A stretch of DNA of 64,000 nt from an uncultured Clostridia bacterium (GTDB taxonomy: Bacteria > Bacillota > Clostridia > Christensenellales > UBA1242), in NCBI GenBank assembly GCA_944349535.1, contig CALVNA010000001.1, positions 21,325-85,324 of the forward strand, read 5' to 3'. Below the pieces are notes generated by a model. The model was not told where the DNA came from. It saw nothing but the letters and a program-made list of their open reading frames with translations, and did no database searches. Shown here piece by piece: positions 19,973-26,222 of this stretch. Position 1 is the first letter of the stretch. Each line of letters opens with the position of its first letter. Both the position numbers and the translations under genes were made by a program.

Positions 19973-20153
19973 ATGATGAACAAATATGCTCCCAAAAGGT
20001 GCTTGGAACAACGATTTTAGCAAAACACTATCTAAAAAAGATTGGGATAAACTCCGTGAATTTGCAATTAAAAAAGCAAATGGACAGTGCGAAATATTAG
20101 GTGGAGAAACAATCTCAAAAAACTTTGAAATATTGCCACAGGAGGTGTTATAA
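19973..20153 (+). pseudogene. Frameshifted/truncated small gene; N-terminus resembles an HNH-endonuclease-type lead-in (...WDKLREFAIKKANGQCEI...)
   Basis: RBS AGAGGAG sits 8 nt before ATG 19973, which reads MMNKYAPKR... and stops after 15 codons. The +1 frame from ATG 19986 reads MLPKGAWNNDFSKTLSKKDWDKLREFAIKKANGQCEILGGETISKNFEILPQEVL*. Its TAA overlaps the next ATG (TAATG). Confidence 0.45.
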
Positions 20154-20179
20154 TGGGGATGTGTAAACCAAGTGGCGGA
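20100..20179 (+). repeat. 80-bp direct repeat, copy 1 (77/80 identical to 21001-21080)
   Basis: GGTGGAGAAACAATCTCAAAAAACTTTGAAATATTGCCACAGGAGGTGTTATAATGGGGATGTGTAAACCAAGTGGCGGA. It spans the upstream ORF 3' end, the RBS and the first 9 codons of the small His/Trp-rich gene. Confidence 0.9.
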
Positions 20180-20431
20180 GTTGAAAAAGAAGTCGGAAAA
20201 TTAGGAAGCTTGCCACGTAAATACAAAAAACCTAATGTCCGAGTAGATTTGTATAATGACAAAAGAGAACTAATTCAACAAAGATGGTATGGAGCAGATT
20301 GTTGGGTTGTTCATAATAGAGACTATAATCATGGCTACCCTCGCCCACATGACCATTATTGGAATTGGAATGCTAACAAAGGTCCTCAAAGAAGCAAAGA
20401 ACATTCTGCAGTAGATGATAATTTTTGTTAA
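20153..20431 (+). CDS. Small His/Trp/Asn-rich protein T1 (92 aa), candidate stand-alone toxin-tip-like domain
   Basis: Complete ORF with RBS GGAGGTG. Paralog of 21054-21350. Shared motifs: MGMCKPSGG, GSL, R[VI]DLYN, QQRWY, NRD, PHDH.W.W, and a C-terminal Cys. Confidence 0.6.
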   Translation: MGMCKPSGGVEKEVGKLGSLPRKYKKPNVRVDLYNDKRELIQQRWYGADCWVVHNRDYNHGYPRPHDHYWNWNANKGPQRSKEHSAVDDNFC

Positions 20432-20441
20432 AGGAGAAAAA

Positions 20442-20900
20442 ATGGAAAAAGAGATTAAAAGAATAGCAAAATGTGATGTTTGCAAGAACAGGATTGAAAC
20501 AGATCAATATGGAAATAGTAATGCCTGCCCGAATTGCGGTTGGATACAATCAGAAGAATCTTATCAACATCCAAACGTTCCTGGTATAAGAAATATTCCA
20601 TCTTTGAATAATGCTATAAAACAATATAACAATGGAAAGTCTGCTACATTAGCAAATTTCAATGATTTTATTGAAACATATAACAATTATGGAGAAGTCG
20701 AGTTTACCTTAAATAACACAAGGTATGGCGTTTTATATGATGATGATAATAAAAAAATAGCATTATTAAATATACAAACAAATGAAAAACAATTATTCAA
20801 TGATATATATGATTTTGAACAAAATGCAAAAATAAATGGAAAACTATTAAAAGGCTTATGGGATAATGTAACTTTAACTGATTTTTTGCAAGAAACTTAA
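20442..20900 (+). CDS. CPCC-like zinc-ribbon protein I1 (152 aa), candidate cognate immunity protein
   Basis: RBS AAAGGAG. CDVC..(14)..CPNCGW followed by P..IPSLNNAIKQY and a C-terminal domain shared with two paralogs. Confidence 0.6.
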   Translation: MEKEIKRIAKCDVCKNRIETDQYGNSNACPNCGWIQSEESYQHPNVPGIRNIPSLNNAIKQYNNGKSATLANFNDFIETYNNYGEVEFTLNNTRYGVLYDDDNKKIALLNIQTNEKQLFNDIYDFEQNAKINGKLLKGLWDNVTLTDFLQET

Positions 20901-21000
20901 TATATAAAAGGTGCCAATAAAAAGGCTCCTTTTTCTATACAATAAAATTCATTTGTTTATCGTTATCAGCAAGAATTTAAAATTCAAAATTATAGGTATG

Positions 21001-21080
21001 GGTGGAGAAACAATCTCAAAAAACTTTGAAATTTTGCCACAGGAGGTGCTATAATGGGAATGTGTAAACCAAGTGGCGGA
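21001..21080 (+). repeat. 80-bp direct repeat, copy 2
   Basis: Three mismatches versus 20100-20179, located 901 bp downstream of copy 1. Confidence 0.9.
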
Positions 21081-21350
21081 ATAAAACCACAATTGGGGAA
21101 AATAGGTAGTTTAAAAGCTTATGGAGACCCGAATACAAGAATTGATTTGTATAACATTGAAAATCCAAATGAATTATTACAACAAAGATGGTACGATTCA
21201 AATGGGAGAGCCGAAATGAATAGAGATTGGAAACATTCCAATAAAGGCGAAGAACATAAATTCCCACATGACCATCCATGGGATTGGACTAAAAAGAATC
21301 CAAGGCTAAAATACGATCCAAATAGGGAAATCAATAATCACTATTGTTAA
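21054..21350 (+). CDS. Small His/Trp-rich protein T2 (98 aa), paralog of T1
   Basis: MGMCKPSGGIKPQLGKIGSL...QQRWYDSNGRAEMNRDWKHSNKGEEHKFPHDHPWDW...HYC. Confidence 0.6.
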   Translation: MGMCKPSGGIKPQLGKIGSLKAYGDPNTRIDLYNIENPNELLQQRWYDSNGRAEMNRDWKHSNKGEEHKFPHDHPWDWTKKNPRLKYDPNREINNHYC

Positions 21351-21358
21351 AAGGAGAT

Positions 21359-21829
21359 ATGATGAAAAATAAAAGCATTTACGATGAAATTTTTGACAAA
21401 CCCTGTTCGGTTTGCAAAGAGATGATAAAAAAGGATGTCTATGACCAAGGTGATTGCCCATACTGCAAATGGAAAAACAACTTTTTAGCCGACGAAAATC
21501 CAAATAGAGTCATCTATCCAAACTTAATTTCTCTAAATAAAGCGAAAAAACTTTATAGCGAAGGCAGGCCTTTTGAGCCTAATCTTGATGATTTTGTTGA
21601 AGCATTGTTCTTTTATAGTGAAATGCAATTTGAATATAATGGAACATATTATGCTGTTGAAATTGTAAATGATAAAAATAAAAATCTTATAATTCGTCTT
21701 TATAATTCTAAAACAAAAGAAACAACACTTTTTAACAATGATGAAGATTTCAAAAACAATGCCAAGGTCGATGGTAAACTTTTAAAAGATATTTGGAATG
21801 ACGCTACCGACAAATACTGGTTGCAATAA
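21359..21829 (+). CDS. CPCC-like zinc-ribbon protein I2 (156 aa)
   Basis: RBS AAAGGAG. CSVC..CPYCKW, NLISLNKAKKLY, PNLDDFVEA, and a C-terminal ...DFKNNAKVDGKLLKDIW. Confidence 0.6.
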   Translation: MMKNKSIYDEIFDKPCSVCKEMIKKDVYDQGDCPYCKWKNNFLADENPNRVIYPNLISLNKAKKLYSEGRPFEPNLDDFVEALFFYSEMQFEYNGTYYAVEIVNDKNKNLIIRLYNSKTKETTLFNNDEDFKNNAKVDGKLLKDIWNDATDKYWLQ

Positions 21830-21840
21830 AAAAGGTAAAA

Positions 21841-22296
21841 ATGAAAAATACAAATATATATGATAAAATTTTCGAAAAAAAGTGTGCAGTTTGCGATCAT
21901 AAATATATGGCTGATATCTATGACCAGGGAGAATGCTCAAATTGTGGGTGGTATAATGGCAAAATATACAGCGAGTTTCCTGATAATGTTATATTTTCAA
22001 ACTTAGCCTCTTTAAACAAAGCAAAAAAATTATATAAAGAAAACAAACCCATGAATCCCGATTTAGACGATTTTCTTGAAGCATTTGAACATTATGGCGA
22101 AACAGGATTTGATTATCAGAATATAGGTTTTTCACTATTTAGATATGGCGAAAATGGAATAGAATTTAGTTGGGGTCCCGAGCCATATGGCACAATATAT
22201 TTCAAAGACAAAGAAGATTTTGTTCAAAATGCAAAAATAGGGAATGAATATGTCCGAAATATTTGGGACAAAATTGAAAATCCTTGTTATCTATAA
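21841..22296 (+). CDS. CPCC-like zinc-ribbon protein I3 (151 aa), no partner small gene
   Basis: CAVC..CSNCGW, NLASLNKAKKLY, PDLDDFLEA, ...DFVQNAKIGNEYVRNIW. Confidence 0.6.
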   Translation: MKNTNIYDKIFEKKCAVCDHKYMADIYDQGECSNCGWYNGKIYSEFPDNVIFSNLASLNKAKKLYKENKPMNPDLDDFLEAFEHYGETGFDYQNIGFSLFRYGENGIEFSWGPEPYGTIYFKDKEDFVQNAKIGNEYVRNIWDKIENPCYL

Positions 22297-22307
22297 GATG
22301 AAAACTT

Positions 22308-22334
22308 AAGCATATCAACCGATATGCTTTTTTC
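22308..22334 (+). terminator. Intrinsic terminator closing the cassette array
   Basis: AAGCATATC-AACC-GATATGCTT followed by TTTTT. Confidence 0.7.
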
Positions 22335-22657
22335 TTTGGCTTTTTTTATCTTCACTGCTTAACAGCCTTGTCTGAAGCGACACGACAAGTTTTGTTAAAC
22401 AAAAACTTTAGGAGCAAAACAAAACAAGCACCTTATACACAAGCAAAAGGCTGCTTAGGCAAAAAGCAAACGCTGTTGCTGCAAAAACAGTTTTAAGTTT
22501 AAAACAAAAAATTTTCATGTTAATATTTATGATCCGACCAAAAAAATTATGAATTTTGGCTTAAAATTTGCCAAAATGCCTGTTTCAAAAAAACAAAAAC
22601 CTTTGGAAATCACTCAAAATTCTTTTGTTTTTGCTAGTAACGACCAAATTCTGCTAA

Positions 22658-22712
22658 TTATCCACAGAGTTATCCACATTTTATCCACAATTGGCGTGAA
22701 AAATGTGGATAA
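22658..22712. promoter_or_regulatory. Cluster of four perfect DnaA boxes (3 direct TTATCCACA + 1 inverted TGTGGATAA)
   Basis: TTATCCACA at 22658-22666, 22670-22678 and 22681-22689. TGTGGATAA at 22704-22712. Confidence 0.8.
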
Positions 22713-22727
22713 TTTTTTTTGCTTTTC

Positions 22728-22756
22728 TTGACAATTTTGTTTGTTTGTGTGATAAT
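22728..22756 (+). promoter_or_regulatory. Sigma-A-type promoter (TTGACA-17-GATAAT) immediately downstream of the DnaA boxes
   Basis: The -35 box is at 22728-22733 and the -10 box at 22751-22756. ATG 22763 is only 7 nt past the -10 box and has no SD sequence. Confidence 0.45.
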
Positions 22757-22762
22757 TCTTAT

Positions 22763-23359
22763 ATGAATTTGCTGCTTTCCATCATGTTTTTATTCTCGTC
22801 TATGGCTGTCAGTTCAGCACCTGTTGAAGTGATTGCTTCGTCATGCTTTCTTTATGAAGAGCCTTCTTTTGAAAGCGAAAAAGTGCAGGCTGGCGACATC
22901 GATCTGGTGCTTGATTTTGGTCAAACACTCACCCTTCTTGTTGAAGAAGATGACTTTGCTCTTGTTAAAACTGCAGAGGGGCAAGTGGGTTATATTTATA
23001 AATATTACATCTCAAACAAAGACGACTTTGAAGTGTATCCTTCCTTTAACGGTTATGTCAGAACTGACAATGCCGTCATTTACAACCTTGAATTTGAGCC
23101 AACATCTTACAAAGCTTCTGCAGGTCAAAGAGTGTTTTTATACCAAGGGTTTGACTCTGAAGGAGATTTTGTGGCCGTGCAAATTGTTTTGGAAGATGGC
23201 AGCCTTTACAACGGCTATATGTTAAAAGCAGACATTGAACCTGACGGCATAAGCGCAACGCTGATTGTTGGCATAACAATCATTGTGGCGGTTGCAACCA
23301 TCATTTTGTCGCTGCTGTTTATCAAAAAGAAAAAGAAAAAATCTGGCAGCAAAGATTGA
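22763..23359 (+). CDS. Secreted, C-terminally membrane-anchored protein with two SH3b-like domains
   Basis: Signal MNLLLSIMFLFSSMAVSS. SH3b-like ...ALVKTAEGQVGYIYKYYIS and ...LYNGYMLKADIEP. C-terminal TM plus KKKKKK. The track start 22703 is less likely. Confidence 0.6.
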   Translation: MNLLLSIMFLFSSMAVSSAPVEVIASSCFLYEEPSFESEKVQAGDIDLVLDFGQTLTLLVEEDDFALVKTAEGQVGYIYKYYISNKDDFEVYPSFNGYVRTDNAVIYNLEFEPTSYKASAGQRVFLYQGFDSEGDFVAVQIVLEDGSLYNGYMLKADIEPDGISATLIVGITIIVAVATIILSLLFIKKKKKKSGSKD

Positions 23360-23404
23360 ATTTGAAAAAACTCCTTTTTAAAATCATAATAAAAGGAGTT
23401 TTTT

Positions 23405-24418
23405 ATGAATATCAACAATATTTTTGACGATCTTGAAAAATTAAAAAAAGAAGTCTGGTATTTGATCAAAAAAGTCATACCAAAGCTTGAAGAGTTGATT
23501 GGCGGTTCTTCTGCTGAAGAAATAACTCAAATAAAGCAGCAATTGAACTCACAAGTTGAGCAAATTGAAACATTGCAGTCGCAAATGGAAGCAGCCACCT
23601 CTCTTGCAAATGCAGCAAACACCACTGCTCAAGGTTTGTCTTCAACAGTTTCAAATCTGCAGAGCGGCTTATCGAGTGCTCAAGAAGAGCTGGACGACAT
23701 TTCTTCAAACCTCACAACAATAAGCCAAGTTGTCGATGGCAATTCTGGCTCAATCATTCAACTTTCAAACTCTCTCTCTTCCGTTGATGCAAAAGCAACC
23801 CAAGCTCTGAGCACAGCAAGCGACTTGAATGATGATGTGGTGGCCGTTTCAAACCAAGCTGCTGCATCAGCCACCAAAATCAACACGATGGAAGATGATA
23901 TTGAAGCTTTAAACACTTTGAGCAGCTCTCAAACTCAAACCCTTACAACTCTATCACAAAGTGTTGAAACAATTTCGTCAAGCATTCAACAGCTTGAGGA
24001 TGAGATTGCAAATGCAAAGCTTGAAGATTGCGATGTGATCTATGATATGTCAAGCACTGATGCTGATGTGAATCGCGGATTTACCAGCGGCATGGTTGGC
24101 GCCAACTTTTTCGCTTTTGACTTCTCGCCTTATCACACGATCAGAATATATGCCAGACTTTTCAGTTCAAACTGCATTCAAGAAGTGCGGGTGCACAACA
24201 GAAAACTAGCAGACATCACTTTGTTTGCTGCCGGCCCAAACCCAATCATCCTGTGCGTGTTGAAAGTTCTTTTTGCAATGGAACCTGCTCTCAACCGCAT
24301 ACAAGTTGGTTCTTATGCAAGATACACCTATTCAGCAAGCACAGGCACCTTCACCTCTGCAACTGGAGCTTCAGATTCCACCTTTTTCATTTACAGAATT
24401 GAAGGCATAAAAAAATAA
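23405..24418 (+). CDS. Coiled-coil protein with C-terminal beta-rich globular domain (phage tail-fibre-like architecture), 337 aa
   Basis: RBS AAAGGAG. About 200 aa of Ser/Thr/Gln/Leu heptad-like sequence, then a Cys/aromatic-containing C-terminal domain. No signal peptide. Confidence 0.5.
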   Translation: MNINNIFDDLEKLKKEVWYLIKKVIPKLEELIGGSSAEEITQIKQQLNSQVEQIETLQSQMEAATSLANAANTTAQGLSSTVSNLQSGLSSAQEELDDISSNLTTISQVVDGNSGSIIQLSNSLSSVDAKATQALSTASDLNDDVVAVSNQAAASATKINTMEDDIEALNTLSSSQTQTLTTLSQSVETISSSIQQLEDEIANAKLEDCDVIYDMSSTDADVNRGFTSGMVGANFFAFDFSPYHTIRIYARLFSSNCIQEVRVHNRKLADITLFAAGPNPIILCVLKVLFAMEPALNRIQVGSYARYTYSASTGTFTSATGASDSTFFIYRIEGIKK

Positions 24419-24443
24419 ACGCTCAAAAGAGCGTTTTTTTTGT

Positions 24444-24755
24444 TTAAAAATTTAATGTTAAAAATCCGGCAGTAAAACCATAAGCAATCAGAAAGACGGT
24501 GCAGCCAAAGAATAAAACCCCTAGCACAGCATTCAAAATTGGTAGCGGTGCGCCGTGTTTGATTTCTTGAACGGAGGTGTTCAGCAAAAAAATAATTCCG
24601 ATAAAATAGCTTTCTATTATAAGACAATACCAGGGGTTGATGCCACCAACAAAATACAGCACCACGCTTGCAGCCACGCAAAGAGAGGCAAAAAGAGCCA
24701 AAAATCTGTTTAAGTTCAACCTTTTTTTCATTCTCTCGTTTCGAGTTCTATCCAT
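24444..24755 (-). CDS. Small membrane protein (103 aa, ~3 TM), unknown function
   Basis: Complete ORF preceded by GGGGGGGGGAG. Hydrophobic helices. Confidence 0.5.
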   Translation of the reverse strand: MDRTRNERMKKRLNLNRFLALFASLCVAASVVLYFVGGINPWYCLIIESYFIGIIFLLNTSVQEIKHGAPLPILNAVLGVLFFGCTVFLIAYGFTAGFLTLNF

Positions 24756-24769
24756 TCTCCCCCCCCCTA

Positions 24770-24907
24770 ACTATATGTGATGATAAAGTTTTATTAATAT
24801 AAAATCTTATAAATTCTGACGAGATTTGTGTGCTATCACCCACTTATCACATAGTATGCACAACCTTCAGGCTCACTCTTACAAGCAAGTTTGACTTCTG
24901 ATAGTAT
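24770..24907. other. Conserved ~137-nt intergenic element, copy A (paralog at 46881-47017); candidate structured RNA / 5' leader
   Basis: Alignable by eye over its whole length to copy B. On the minus strand it abuts the RBS of 24444-24755. Confidence 0.5.
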
Positions 24908-24949
24908 CAGTATATAACAAAAAGTCTTAAAGGTCAAACAAAATCAACC

Positions 24950-25786
24950 TTAAAATTTTGGCACAAACTCAGATTTTGCACTTTCAAGATCTTGAATGTA
25001 GCCATGATTTAAGCCAAGCTTTTTTGCATGACTTACAACAATCTTATATTCCAGCGGCAAAAGTTTTCTGTCAAAAGGCTTGCCAAAAGGAATAAATTGA
25101 CTCATAAGAGATATCAATGGACGATCGACCTCTTTTTTTATTGCATTCAAAACGCCGATACTGTTTTGCACATTTTGCGGCAAAACAAGATGTCGGATGA
25201 GCACTCCTTGTTTGAGTTTGTTGTTTTGCCAGATGTTTGGCTTGAGCCGAGCCATTGTTGAAATTGCTTTTGTTGCCACTTCAAAATAATTTGGAGCAAG
25301 CGAAAGCTTGTTGGCAAGCGTGTTGTCGCTATACTTAAAATCAGGCAAAAAAACATCAACAAATTTTGCGATTTTTTCAATCGTCTGCTCGTTCTCATAT
25401 CCACCACTGTTCCAAACAACAGGGATGGGGCAATCAAAACCTTCAAAAGCTTGCAACAAAAGTGAAGAAAAATGTGTTGGTGTGATAAGCTCAAGGGCAG
25501 AATAATTTTCTAAACAAAAGCTTTCAAGTTTTTGTCTGAACTGAGCTGGAGAAAACTCGTCCCCCACAAGTTGATGCGAAATTTTGTAGTTTTGGCAAAA
25601 ACTGCATCTCAGATTACAGCCTGCCAAAAATATGGCAAGAGTGCCTTTCTCCCCTGTTATGCAAGGCTCTTCCCACATAAAATTTTCTATTATTTTTGAA
25701 ACCACAATTTTGTTTTGTGCAAGACAAAAACCTTTTTCTTTTTGTCTGTCAACCTGGCAAAATCTTGGGCAGTCTGAACATTTCAT
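24950..25786 (-). CDS. Radical SAM protein, PflX/COG1313-like (PFL-activase homolog)
   Basis: CNLRCSFCQN CxxxCxxC motif, plus an N-terminal Cys cluster MKCSDCPRFCQVDR...GFC. Confidence 0.7.
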   Translation of the reverse strand: MKCSDCPRFCQVDRQKEKGFCLAQNKIVVSKIIENFMWEEPCITGEKGTLAIFLAGCNLRCSFCQNYKISHQLVGDEFSPAQFRQKLESFCLENYSALELITPTHFSSLLLQAFEGFDCPIPVVWNSGGYENEQTIEKIAKFVDVFLPDFKYSDNTLANKLSLAPNYFEVATKAISTMARLKPNIWQNNKLKQGVLIRHLVLPQNVQNSIGVLNAIKKEVDRPLISLMSQFIPFGKPFDRKLLPLEYKIVVSHAKKLGLNHGYIQDLESAKSEFVPKF

Positions 25787-25833
25787 AATGATATTATAAT
25801 AAAAAATTTTCTTTTAGGCAATCTAAAAGAAAA

Positions 25834-26172
25834 TTATTTTAAAACAACAATCGTAATACCTGGATTGTTTTTGTTTAAATCTTCATCGTCTGCAAGCGCT
25901 TTTGTTTGCATGATCAATTTTTTTGTCTTTTCATCAAAATTGTTCCATTTATCACCAAAGAAAAAATCTTGAATTTGACCTTTCTTTTTCATTTCAGACA
26001 ATAGTTTGCGACTTCCAGTCAAAATCACCCCGCCTTTGCCATGAGAGCCATAGCCATGCAAAATTTTTAAAACTCTTTCGCCTGCAAAACTTGCCTGTTC
26101 GATTTCAATTTCAACTTGAGCAAGTGCCAGGTCGAGTGGCGGAGAGTTTTCTTTAAGATTTATCACCCACAT
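25834..26172 (-). CDS. Smr-domain-like small protein
   Basis: ...VLKILHGYGSHGKGGVI... resembles the Smr core. Confidence 0.45.
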   Translation of the reverse strand: MWVINLKENSPPLDLALAQVEIEIEQASFAGERVLKILHGYGSHGKGGVILTGSRKLLSEMKKKGQIQDFFFGDKWNNFDEKTKKLIMQTKALADDEDLNKNNPGITIVVLK

Positions 26173-26222
26173 AAACTTTCTCCGTCAATATTTTACACAA
26201 TTTTGTCTTTTAATTCAAGCAT

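Noticed and set aside
20100-21080. The 80-bp repeats were considered as a CRISPR array or MITE.
   Set aside because: There are only two copies, 901 bp apart. Each overlaps coding sequence and an RBS, and there are no terminal inverted repeats or cas genes.
22549-22731. 60-aa plus-strand ORF ending in ...HRVIHILSTIGVKNVDNFF.
   Set aside because: Its 3' half is simply the translation of the DnaA-box cluster (TTATCCACA reads as L-S-T / I-H). There is no RBS.
24815-24870. CUGACGAG on the plus strand of element A looked like a hammerhead ribozyme core.
   Set aside because: The corresponding sequence in copy B is CUUACGAA. No GAAA or cleavage-site elements are positioned correctly.
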